This document shows, piece by piece, positions 23,485-34,528 of a DNA stretch of 39,040 bases. Made by a program: the position numbers and the translations under genes. This stretch comes from Chiloscyllium plagiosum (lineage: Eukaryota): positions 22,051,315 through 22,090,354 of the forward strand of contig NC_057749.1 in the NCBI RefSeq assembly GCF_004010195.1. The letters run 5' to 3'. The notes under the pieces were generated by a model. The model saw nothing but the letters and a program-made list of their open reading frames with translations, had not been told where the DNA came from and did no database searches. Position 1 is the first letter of the stretch, and each line of letters begins with the position of its first letter.

Positions 23485-24270
23485 AAAGAACAAAGAACAA
23501 AGAAATTTTACAGCCCAGGAACAGGCCCTTCAGCCCTCCAAGCCTGAGCCGATCTAAATCCACTGTCTAAACCTGTCACCCAATTCCTAAGCATCTGTAC
23601 CCCTCTGCTCCCCATCTGTTCAGACGCATCTTAAATGAATCTACCATGCCTGCCTCTACCACCTCTGCTGGCAACACATTCCAGACACCCACCATCCTCT
23701 GTGTGAAGTACTTGCCGCGTATATCCCCCTTAAACTTTTCATCTCTCACCTTGAATGCATGACCTCTCGTTATTGAATCCTTCACCCTGGGAAAAAGCTT
23801 ACCTCTATCTACCCTGTCTATATCCTTCATGATTTTGTAAACCTCAGTCAGGTCCCCCCCTCTATCTCCTTTTTTCTAATGAAAACAAACCTAACCTAGT
23901 CAACCTCTAGATAGCTAGCATCTTCCATGCTTGGCTACATCCTCATAAACCTTCTCTGCACCCTCTCCAAAGCATCCACATCCTTTCGGTAATGTGGCGA
24001 CCAGAACTGTATATAGTATTCTAAATGCGGCCAAACCAATGTCGTGTGCAATTTTAACATGACCTGCTAATTCTCATACTCAATACCCCATCCGATGAAG
24101 GCAAGCATACCATATGCCTTCTTGACCACTCTATCCATCTATGCAGCAACTTTCAGGGTTAAATGGACCTGAACTCCCAGATCTCGCTGCTCATCAACTT
24201 TTCCCAAGGCTCTTCCGTTTACTGTATAATTCGCTCTAGAATTAGACTTCCCAAAATGCATCCCTTACAT
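23485..24270 (-). mobile_element. CR1 LINE 3' part
   Basis: (AAAGAAC)n tail; ORF 23576-23830 TRGHAFKV..YFTQRMVGVWN. Confidence 0.92.
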
Positions 24271-24474
24271 TAGTTACTGATTATTTCAGCTGTCTGCTAC
24301 TGCACTGTGTGAACCTTTGGAACTTCTCTCTACAGTTCTGTACAGTTCGAAATATATACATGGACTGATCTGGCTACATGACAATGTGTTCTTTGTTGAT
24401 TAAAGGCATGTACTGAAGTAAATTGCTTTCAGACATCTTACTGAATCACTATGTTGCTATAAGAGCATTTCATT

Positions 24475-25190
24475 TGATTGATTATTGCCGGAGATGCAGT
24501 GAAAAATATTGTTATCCAGGCAAATCAAACCTTATATAAGTCCATCAGGATAATAGAACAGAATGCAGAATATAGTGTTACATAGAGAGAAGGTGCAGAG
24601 AAAGATCAACTCTAATATATGAGACGTCCATACATTAGTCTGATAACTGCGGGGAAGAAGCTGTTCATGAATCTATTGGTACGTGTTTCCAAACTTTTAT
24701 ATTTTCTGCCTAATGGAAGAGCGTATACTGCTGAAAATGTGTTGCTGGAAAAGCGCAGCAGGTCAGGCAGCATCCAGGGAACAGGAGAATCGACGTTTCG
24801 GGCATAAGCCCTTCTTCAGGCATCTGCAGACCTCACTTTCTCCTGGAAGAGCATATAGCCAAGATGGGAGGGGTCTTTGATGATGTCGGCTGCTTTCCTG
24901 AGGCAGCAGGAAATGTAGATGGAGTCAATGGATGGAAGTTGGTTTGTGTGATGGACTGGGATGTGTTCACAACTCTCTGTAGTTGCCCGTGGTATTGGGC
25001 AGAGCAGTTGCCAAACCAAGCTGTGATACATCCTGATAGGATACTTTCTATGGTGCAGCTATAAATGTTGATAAGAGTCTTTGTGGACTTGTCAAATTTC
25101 CTTAGCCTCCTGAGGAAGTAGAGGTATAGGTGTGTTTTCTTGACTGCAGCGTCGATGTGGATGGACCAGGACAGACTTTTGGTGAAAGGA
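24475..25190 (-). mobile_element. Rex1/Babar-type LINE 3' end
   Basis: LSWSIHIDAAVKKTHLYLYFLRRLRKF..CTIESILSGCITAWFGNCS..LQRVV, typical of the Rex1/Babar ORF C-terminus. Confidence 0.85.
24728..24843. mobile_element. Penelope-derived hammerhead mini-element with internal inversion
   Basis: Minus-sense 24728-24820 with intact core (tcttcag 24813-24819), then the plus-sense 3' terminus catctgcagacctcactttctcc; TSD tggaagagc(g/a)tata at 24714-24727 and 24844-24857. Confidence 0.9.
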
Positions 25191-25202
25191 AAGTTAGGGA
25201 GC

Positions 25203-25333
25203 TGAAGAAAGGTCGCTGGGCTCAAAATGTTAACTCTGCTTTCTCTCTGCAGATGCGGCCAGACCTGCTGAGGTTCTCCAGCAATTTCTGCTTCTGTTTC
25301 AGATCTTCAGCATCTGCAGACCTTTGTTTCATT
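25203..25333 (+). mobile_element. Penelope-derived mini-element, second subfamily, degenerate hammerhead
   Basis: (c)tgaagaaaggtcgctgggctcaaaatgttaactc..cagcatctgcag; TSD aaagtt(a/g)gggagc at 25190-25202 and 25334-25346. Confidence 0.8.
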
Positions 25334-25739
25334 AAAGTTGGGGAGCAATTCGTTTACCTCAACCTCAGTGACAAGCAATGTTCGGCACACCTTCAGTTCA
25401 GTAAGGTGTCCAGGACTGATATTCCCTCACTCCTGCGGGTGCAGCAGGAAGTAGAAAGTAGATGAGAAACAGCAATGGCAGCAGCTGACAAAGTGGTCAG
25501 AGCTGTTACCTTTAGCTGTTACACATCCGTCTCCTTTCAGACTGTGGCTGGAGATAGACACAATATCAGGTGGTTTTCAATGTGGTGCTGTATAAGAGGG
25601 TGAGGGAGGTATTGATTCTTCGGGCTGTCTGTGCACTCAGATAGCTTTGTCTCATTCCCACTTGGCAGACACAAGATATTGGACTGAGTGAGTGTAAGGA
25701 CTTGTTGGTTCCCTATGCTGCAGGGTATCATTGATCTGA

Positions 25740-25945
25740 CACACAGACAGACAGACACACACACACAAACACACACACACGCACAGACACTCTCTCACTC
25801 ACACACAGACACACATACACACACATAGATCATGCATGCAACACACAGATATACATGGACACATATACACAATCACACAGACATTCACATAGGCTCATGC
25901 ATTCTCACACACATTCACACACACTCACACATTCACACACACACT
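25740..25945. repeat. Degenerate (AC)n tract
   Basis: Direct inspection. Confidence 0.92.
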
Positions 25946-26713
25946 TGTCCAATTCACAGAATGGAATAGAATTTTACTCCCTCAATATTCAGGCAGTTGT
26001 GGAAGTGGAGGGGATTGTGGGTGAGGGTTAGGTTGTAAAGGAGTACTCCTCTTTGATAAATTAATGAGTTTAAAAGGAATCAAGTGGATTAATTACATAA
26101 ACTTCAATTAAACCCATAAAGCAAGGTTAAGAGCAGGCTCGGGTGCATGCTGGTGTGGGTCACAGCTGCAGTGTTGCGTGTGAGTTTGTGAAGAGCACTG
26201 AAACAGTGAGTGTCTGTGTGTGGGGTGTACTTACCAACTCTGCTTAGACTTACTCATGACCACTCATCTCCATCCGCCTCACCCAGTCAAATAGCCTGCC
26301 TCTTTACCTACAATATTTTTCGAAGTAATAAATTAAAGTGTTCAAAGCATGTGGTTAGAATTTGCTGTTTGGTTATTGCCCCCATGATTTTTCTGCGTGC
26401 TTCTAATTCCTGGAGACTCCAAGACGACTTTGGAGGCTTGAACACCCCCTCGCCTCTGGGCACCAACCTCAAAGATAATATTTTAGGGGGTTACAACAGC
26501 CATCTGCAAACTAACAAAGAGATGAGAGGTTCATGGATCAGCATTGAATAGCGGATGAGGCGTGAGGGGCTAAACAGCCGCCTGCCACATCTAATTTGTG
26601 CATTTGGGATGAACACTGTGTATGATGAGAGAGTGTGGAAGGCAGAGTTTTCAATTCAGGGGCCAATGTACACAGGAAAGAGGGAACATTTTATTTGATG
26701 GAAGTACTTTAGT

Positions 26714-27054
26714 TGTAGTGATTGGAATGAAGTCAGCCGAGGGACCTCATAGAATGTGAGTTCCCTGATTGGGGCTGTTAATCTGGTCCAATCAGGGAGC
26801 CCTGGCTGACTGATATAAACAGGAGTGTCAAAATATAAGCACTACTGCTGTTAGGCAGTAGTGTGGGGGATAGAAAAAATAGAAAAAAAAAAAAAAATAG
26901 AAAAAAAAAAGAAAAAAAGCAAGAAAAAATAATAAGCAGGAGTGTTAGAGGTTCTGCTCACTTGAGGAGCCACCTGTGCCAGTGAGATGTACTATGCACA
27001 TGTAAGTAAAGGGTGACTTGGTGACGGGATACGGGCCTTCATGGAGTGATTTGA
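26714..27054 (+). mobile_element. Solo Gypsy LTR, same family as 7534-7759
   Basis: Colinear with 7534-7759 from tgtagtgatt to gagtgatttga; flanks ttagt / ctagt (5-bp TSD, one mismatch). Confidence 0.9.
26831..26931 (+). mobile_element. Short poly(A)-tailed retroposed insertion with a terminal hairpin
   Basis: Absent from the 7534 LTR; 16-bp TSD ataa(a/g)caggagtgt(c/t)a at 26815-26830 and 26932-26947; 9-bp stem cactactgc/gcagtagtg. Confidence 0.85.
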
Positions 27055-27533
27055 CTAGTGATTTGAATAACTAAGGAAGCAGATATAGCTTTAAACTAGT
27101 GGGTGATAGAGAATTCAGGTAAAGTCAAATTATAACTCTGAAACATCAAGACTCCCGTGCAGAGCATGTGATTTGAATAAAATTAAGCTGAGTGGAATAG
27201 TTTAAGAATAATAATAAGGCATCAGAGGCTAACGTCACACCAAGGAAAACTGGTGCATGAAACAGTGGTTTCGCAGTATGGCCTTGAATATTATTGAGTA
27301 AAGCCACATGCTGTTGAACCCTTTTGTCTTGTATTCATCAGGATACAATTGCAAGAGTACAAAATCGCAATGGGAACTGTCGAATATGTTGCAATGCCAA
27401 GCACTACCAGCTTGTAGTTGGGATAGTTTGTTGCAACCTTTACTGGATCTAATGTTCTACTGTGGTCAGGGGGAAACAATCATGAGGATGATTGAAGTGA
27501 GGCTTTAGTCTTTTACAAGGTGCAGTTTTTTTT

Positions 27534-27831
27534 TAGATTACATTACAGCGTGAAAACAGGCCCTTCGGCCCAACAAGTCCACACCGACCCACCAAAGCAC
27601 AACCCACCCCTACCCCTACATTTTTACCCCTATACCTAACACTACGGGCAATTTAGCATGGCCAATTCACCTGACCTGCACATCTTGGGAGGAAAGCGGA
27701 GCACCCGGAGGAAACCCACACAGACACGGGGAGAATGTGCAAACTCCACACAGTCAGTCGCCTGAGGCGGGAATTGAACCCGGGTCTCTGGTGCTGTGAG
27801 GCAACAGCGTTAACCACTGTGCCACCGTGCC
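27534..27831 (-). mobile_element. HE1 V-SINE
   Basis: Near full-length, low divergence from 5286 and 6437 copies. Confidence 0.95.
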
Positions 27832-27898
27832 GTTTATTGCATGATTGCAACTGGGTATAAGTTAGACATCACTACGAAGACTACAAAAAGACCGAGAT

Positions 27899-28092
27899 AA
27901 AAAAAAGGACCAAAGAACTTTGGATGCTGGAAGTCAGAAACAAAATCAGAAATTGCTAGGAAACCTCAACAAGACTATCAGCATCTACGGAGAGAAAGCA
28001 AAGCTAACATTCTGAAGGAGGGTCATTGGATCCAAAACATTAACTTTGTCTCCTCTCCACAGATGCTGCCAGACCTGCTGAGTTTTCCCAAG
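27899..28092. mobile_element. Penelope-derived inverted mini-element (second subfamily) with degenerate hammerhead
   Basis: Left arm is the reverse complement of the 25203 type; right arm starts ctgaaggagggtcattggatccaaaacatt at 28012; probable TSD aagaccgagat / aaggctgagat. Confidence 0.72.
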
Positions 28093-28245
28093 AAGGCTGA
28101 GATGTTAGGTTTGTCCTCTTTGAGATCCGAAGCTGTTCCCCAAAGCAACTCCTTGTGGTATCGTTCCTTTTGGGCGGAGCTTAATGCAGAAGCCAACGTT
28201 AACTGTTTCAGAACTGATACAACAGAATGATAATATATCACCCGA

Positions 28246-28680
28246 TGTGATAATGCTGTCACTTTAAAAGTTTAATTTGTCCTACATTTTATTGAAGAGA
28301 AGCTGTAAGGCAGAGGTGCTGAACTGACTATGAAAGACAACTTCAGTAAACAACGTGTGAGACATTGGGTGTTTTCCTTGGGTGTGGGCAACTCACACCA
28401 GACCAGACTTTCCATTTTTTTTAGCTTTAGCAACAGATGCTGTTTGGGGTCCCAAAAGAGTTGGAAACTTCAGTCTCTTGGCTGCTATGTTCTCTGAATT
28501 CTCTCTTGATGTTGTTTCCTCCTGGATTGGAGAACTGCATGTGAGAATCTGTGTCTGAATTTACCTTTTTGCCAAGAGGTGTGTTTATGGGATGTTACTA
28601 TACTGGAACAATTAATTAGGGATAGGTATTGTATCTATTATTCGGTTAAGTTTTCCAATAGTTAAGTTATTCTAAATTCA
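28246..28680 (+). mobile_element. LTR-like repeat, 3'-truncated
   Basis: Starts TGTGATAATG; 3' part matches 405-495. Confidence 0.55.
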
Positions 28681-29739
28681 GCTCACCTCTGTTTGAAGGG
28701 ACGAGTTGGGGATGTGGGGAAGGAGAGTTGGGGTTAGGTAACTCCAACCCCAATTGATTTCCAGTTCTTTAATAAGGCACCGATTCCTATGACTGAATCA
28801 TTAGCATTACGCTCCCACCTCCAACGCCAGGATAACAGGCTGCCTACCGAGTTCCAGCAAGCGTGCACCCAGCTTTTAGTAGGCCCACTTGCAGTCGGGT
28901 TAATCTCAGTGCTTAACGGTGACTGGGTGAGGATATGATGGTTCTCCATGTGTTAGCCCGTGCGAGGGCTCTTGTGGTGCTGTAGTAGTTTTTCTTCCTC
29001 TGAGACAGGAGACCTGGGGTCGTGTCCCACAGAGGCGTGTTATAATACCTCTGGATTGGTTGATTCGGAAAATATTTGTGTTAACCCAAACAATATATTC
29101 CGCAGAGTCAAGTTTGTACTCAGACAGATATCTAGAATTTTATTAACAGCTGATTAATCACATTACAATGGATTTATGAATGCTCGTATGTGATCTCATT
29201 CAGGGGTACAATTTTAAAGAGCCAACATATGAACATTTCCTCGACTTAACAAGTGGCTGTTTTACATTGTGTTCTTACTTGCATAAAAATTGTCTTGCAA
29301 ATGGACTCCAGGATGAAACCCAATTGCAACCCCAAGCCCCCCTGTAATATGATGAACTCAGACTGACATTTTCAGCCTGGGTTATAAAGATTTTAGTCAA
29401 CACTTGCCCGGTGAAGGTGCGAATTAAGCTCAATGTTGTGTGTGAATTACCACAAGCTACCTTTAATCCAGCTACCTACTGAGAAACCTCACAACCAATC
29501 AGAAACAATGACTTCAACTTTATTGTATGTAGTGACCAAATAAGACCTGACAGTAAGAAAGTTAAGTCTCACAACTTAACCATGACCTGATTAACGTTGG
29601 AATATGGCTACAATTCCAACCAATGGTGTCAGTCTCTGGATGTATCTAGGGTTCGATCCTCTTACAGCATTGTTCTTCAAAGTTCTGCTCCTGAAGTGGA
29701 ATTGTTATCGGATTTTCTGATTTGTAAACATAAGCATCG

Positions 29740-30038
29740 TAGAATTGCTGCAGCATGGAAGCTGGCCATTCGGCCCATCAAATCCACACCAACCTCTGAA
29801 GAGCCAATCCCTGTAACCCTGCATTCCCCATGACTAACCCACCTACCCTGCACACTACAGGACAACTTAGCATGGTCAATCCACCTAACCTGCACATCTT
29901 TGGACTATGGGAGCCAACCCACACAGGCACAGGGAGAATGTACAAACTCAACACAGACAGTTGCCCAAGGGTTGAATTGAACCCCGGTTTCCAACGCTGT
30001 GAGGCAGCACTGCTAACCACTGAGCCACCACCCTGCCC
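29740..30038 (-). mobile_element. HE1 V-SINE
   Basis: Head gaggcagcactgctaaccactgagccacc, V-domain and tail. Confidence 0.88.
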
Positions 30039-30061
30039 ATGATGGTGTGATATTATTGATG

Positions 30062-30153
30062 CTGAAAATGTGTTGCTGGAAAAGCACAGAAGGTCAGGCA
30101 GCATCCAAGGAACAGGAGAATCAACGTTTCGGGCATAAGCCCTTCTTCAGGAA
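30062..30153 (-). mobile_element. Penelope-derived hammerhead mini-element
   Basis: Sense ttc-ctgaaga-a-gggcttatgccc-gaaacgtt; perfect 14-bp TSD tgatattattgatg at 30048-30061 and 30154-30167. Confidence 0.92.
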
Positions 30154-30244
30154 TGATATTATTGATGATCCTTTAGATCCATTAATCCATGGCATTGATT
30201 ACGACTCTGCAGTCATCAAGTCTGTTGCTTGCCTTCTTGTGGGA

Positions 30245-30572
30245 GAACTGGTAACCCAGATACGCAGGTAATGTTCCGGGTACGTGGGCTTGAATCCCAC
30301 CATGGCAGATAGTGGAATTTCAATTCAATAAATATCTAGAATTAAGAATCGAATGACTACTATAAATCCAATGCCAATTGTCGGAAACCCCCATCTGGTT
30401 CACTAATGCCCTTTAAGGAAGGAAACTGCCATCCTTACCTGGTCTGGCCTCCATGTGACTCCAGACCCACATCAAAATGGTTGACTCTTAACAGCCCTCT
30501 GGTCAATTAGGGATGGACAACAAATGCTGGCCTAGTCAGCAACACCCTCGTCTTGTTAAAGAATTTAAAAAA
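30245..30572 (+). mobile_element. tRNA-SINE family B
   Basis: gaatcccaccatggcagat..ccatctggttcactaatg..caattagggatggacaacaaatgctggcc. Confidence 0.88.
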
Positions 30573-31079
30573 TCAGGAGTAGTTTCCCTGTTTCCTGATA
30601 CATTTCGTATTAACTGTTTGTTCAAAAACACAACTTTCCTGCAATTAACCACTTTACCTCAGGACATTCGTTCTGCAGGTAATCTGTAGTTGCCTGTTTA
30701 TCATGAGGTTAATGGCAGTGTCACCTCCTCTCTCCCAGGAAACTGCTGGTTTATGTTGCTTTGATGCCTCCTTCCCAAGGATGATTAATTAGCATGCCAC
30801 TTTTAATCCTTTATAACAATTTCTCCTTATCCCTTTCATCTCAGGAAATAGTTTATTCCAGCAAGAGTTATTCTTGATTCTTTCAATCCCAGAACAGTTA
30901 CTAAAGTTTTGAAGATTATAGTATCACAGCAGCACTCCTGGTCCAGAGGTTGAGACACTACCATACAGCCAGTGGAACCCTGAGTCTGTGGTGGACGCAT
31001 CCTTAGCTCGCTGTTATCTTGCATCGACAGTTGAAAGGCTGACTAACAGAGTGAAGATACACAGGAGGTCGGAAATAGA

Positions 31080-31265
31080 GGAAAGCAGATATCCTGGTGG
31101 CTGAGGGAGACAGCAGAGATAGAGAGAGGGGTGAGCCCTTGGAGGGACAAGGAAACAGGAATTAAGGTTGAAATGCTAGCGGGAGGTCAGGGGTACAGGG
31201 GTTGTGGGCGAAGAGGACTTTTTGAACTGTAGGGCATGGGCAATAGAGTTTTGGATGGCTCTCGA
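31080..31265 (-). mobile_element. Possible decayed L2 LINE fragment
   Basis: ggagggacaaggaaacagg..gggcaatagagttttggatg resembles antisense L2 ORF2 3' sequence (recognition only). Confidence 0.4.
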
Positions 31266-31404
31266 GCAGGAGATCAACTGAAAGAAGTGGTCAAATGAGA
31301 GAAAAACAAATGAATAAAGGGTTCGGTGTCAGATAGACTGAGACAGGGGCAGAGTCAAGCCATGCTTCAGTGTAGAAATATAAAAGAAGATGGAGGTTTA
31401 GAAA

Positions 31405-32300
31405 GAGAGAAACATCAATGATACAAGCACAAGGAGGCCATTCAGCCCTGCTCTGCCATTCATCACCATCATGGCTGATCGTCCAACTCAATAGCCTAAT
31501 CCTGCTTTCTCCCCATAATCTTTGATCCCATTCGCTCCCAAGTGCTATATCTGGCCACCTCTTGAATACATTCAATATTTGGGCATCAGCTACTTCCTGT
31601 GGTAATGAATCCCACAGGCTCACCACTCTCTGGGTGAAGAAATGTCTCCTCATCTCCATCCTAAATGATCCACCCCGAATCCTCGCTGTGACCCCTGGTT
31701 CTGGACATACCCACGATTGGGAACATCCTCCCTGCGTTCATCCCTTTAGAACTTTATAAGTTTCTATGGAACCCACCCCCATTTACCTGAACTCCAACGA
31801 AAACAATCCTAACCCAGTCAGAGAGTCATCGAATTGTACAGCATGGAAACAGATCCTTCAATCCAACTCGTCCGTGCTGACCCGATATCCTAAATTAATC
31901 TCATCCCATTTGTCAGCACCCGGCCCATATCCCTCCAAACCCTTCCTATTCATACACCCATCCAGATGCCTTTTAAATGTTGCAATTGTACCAGCCTCCA
32001 CCACTTCCTCTGGCAGCTCGGTCCATACATGGACCACGCTCTACGTGAAAATGTTGCCCCTAAGGTCCCTTTCATATCTCTTCCCTCTCACCCTAAACCT
32101 GTGCCCTCCAGTTCTGGACTCCCCCAAAACCAGGGAAAAGACCTTGTCTATTTATCCTAACCATGCCCTCACTATTTTATAAACCCCTGTAGTGTCACCC
32201 CTCAGCCTCCAACGCTCCTGAGAAAACAGCCCCAGTCTATTCAGCCTCTCCCCTGTAGCTTAAACCCTCCAACCCTGGCAACATCCTTGTAAATCGTTCT
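31405..32300 (-). mobile_element. Two CR1 3' ends (31405-31817, 31818-32300)
   Basis: RRHFFTQRVVSLWDSLP; second copy near-identical in layout to 19858-20150. Confidence 0.9.
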
Positions 32301-33384
32301 GAGCCCAGTTACTCGAGATATTTTCAAACATGAAACAGGTGAACATTGATCGTCAGGAAAGTGAGTCTTGGGAAATGATAGTGGAAAATGAGGAGACGGG
32401 GGATGAATACGAATTGTGCGACATTCTTTGTTCTTGGGGATAATAGTAACATTGCAAAAAACAAGTGCACATCAAGAAATAGAGAGGACAAAGGGAGGAA
32501 CCTGAGAAAATTACAAATCACCAGCGGTGTGAGACTGAGACAATCATTGGAGCTGCATTTCTGATGATCTCCATCCTCTGGTCTTCAGGGGAATGGTTAG
32601 TGAGATAGCCGATACATTGTTTTTAATTTTTTACCACTACCTAGATCTGTAGAAATATCCATTAGTTTGGAAACTACTGGCCTGTTAGCTCAATTCCTGT
32701 CATTAAAGGCTTTGTAGCAGAGCATTTGGAATAGTTCATGGTATTCAGGCATGGTTTTGCAAAAGATAACTCATGTTTAACCAATTTATTTCGGGTCTTT
32801 AAGGAAGTAACATGTGCTGTGGATCAAGGGGAACCTATAGATGTACCATACTTAGATTTCCCAAAGGCATTTGATAAGATGCTATATCAAATGTTGTTGT
32901 GGAAAAATGCACTCATGATGTAGGGGATAGAGAGTAACATATTGAGATAGATCGAAAAATTGCCAGGAAACAGACGATTAATGGATAAATGGATGTAAGA
33001 TGATGAAGAATGTAAGATCTTGTGTCTTCTTACAATTTATATAAGCAGCTTGGATGAAGGGACTGCAGGTAGTATACTGAAATGTGATAATAACATAAAG
33101 ATAGATAGGAAAGTAAGATATGAAGAGAGCAAAAACAACCACAAAGTAATTTGGATTGGTTAACTGACTGGGCAAAGATCTGCCTCGTGGAATATAAAAT
33201 GGGAAAATGTTAATTTGCAGGAAAATAAAAAATTTGTACATTATCTAAATGATGGTAGATAGAGTTTTGAGATGCAAAGGAATCTGGATGCCCTGGTGCA
33301 CAAATCCCAGAAAATGATTAGGTGGGTGCAACAAGTAATTCAGAGATCTCAGACTGTTCTTGTTTCATGTAAGGGAAAATGAAT

Positions 33385-33693
33385 TCCTAGTGTCGGGGAG
33401 TCTAACTCTAAAAGGCATAGATTTAAAATGAGAGGGGAAAGATTTGAAAAGGAGCTGAGGGGTAACTTTTTCACCCAGAGGGTGGTGGGTATATGGAACA
33501 AACTGCTAGAGAAAGTGCTGGAGGCTGGTACAATTACAACATCTTAAAGGTATCTGGAAGGATACATGAATAGGAAGGGTTTAGAGGGATATGGACCAAG
33601 TTGCTGGCAAATGGGACTAGAGTAGGTTGAGATGTTTGATCAGCGCAGGTGAGTTTGACCGAAGGGTCTGTCTCTGTACTGGATGACTCTATG
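33385..33693 (+). mobile_element. CR1/HER1 3' end nested in old CR1
   Basis: RGNFFTQRVVGIWN; gactctatga tail; atgaat duplicated at the junctions. Confidence 0.85.
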
Positions 33694-33800
33694 AATACGG
33701 AAGTAGGGAAGATATACTCCAGTTATATGTTGCATTGTGGGATCATGTATCTGGAGTACTGTATACAGCGTTGGTCACCTTATTTAAGGAAGATATAAAT

Positions 33801-34161
33801 TTATTTTTAATTCATTCATGGGATGAGGGCGTCACTGGCTAGGCCAACATTCATTGCCCATCCCTAATTGTCCAGAGGGCAGTTCAAAGTCAACCACATT
33901 GCTGTGAGCCTGGAGTCACATGTAGGCCAGACCAGGTAAGGATGGCAGATTCCTCCCCGAAGGACATTAGTGAACCAGATGGGTTTTTCCAAACAATCAA
34001 TAATGGATTCATGGTCATCGTTAGATTCTTATTTCCAGAGTTTGTTTGAATTCAAATTCTACTGTCTGCCGTGGCTGGATTCAAGCCTGGATCCCCAGAA
34101 TATTACCTGGGTCTGTGGATTAACAGTGCAGCAATAATACCACTAGGCCATCACCTCTCCC
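33801..34161 (-). mobile_element. tRNA-SINE family B, full length
   Basis: Head ggtgatggcctagtggtatt, box B-like ggcttgaatcc, (TGAA)n tail; taaat duplicated on both sides. Confidence 0.92.
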
Positions 34162-34177
34162 TAAATGCATTGGAAGC

Positions 34178-34508
34178 ATAGAACATAGAAGAATACAGCG
34201 CAGTACAGGCCCTTTGGCCCTCGATGTTGCGCCGATCCAAGCCCACCTAACCTACACTAGCCCACTATTCTCCATATGCCTATCCAATGCCCGCTTAAAT
34301 GCCCATAAAGAGGGAGAGTCCACCACTGCTACTGGCAGGGCATTCCATGAACTCACGACTCGCTGAGTAAAGAACCTACCCCTAACATCTGTCCTATACC
34401 AACTCCCCCTTAATTTAAAGCTATGCCCCCTCGTAATAGCTGACTCCATACATGCAAAAAGGTTCTCACGGTCAACCCTATCTAAACCCCTAAACATCTT
34501 GTACACCT
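34178..34508 (-). mobile_element. CR1 3' end
   Basis: ORF 34252-34506 TRGHSFKL..RFFTQRVVSSWNALP. Confidence 0.92.
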
Positions 34509-34528
34509 GGAGAGTTACCTGACTAATA

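Noticed and set aside
25541..25599. Possible small coding exon after ctcctttcag
   Set aside because: Weak donor, unrecognisable peptide and no partner exons found.
7534..27054. The two similar LTRs as ends of one 19-kb provirus
   Set aside because: The first follows integrase and PPT, so it is a 3' LTR; the second has its own TSD, so it is solo; no gag-pol lies between them.
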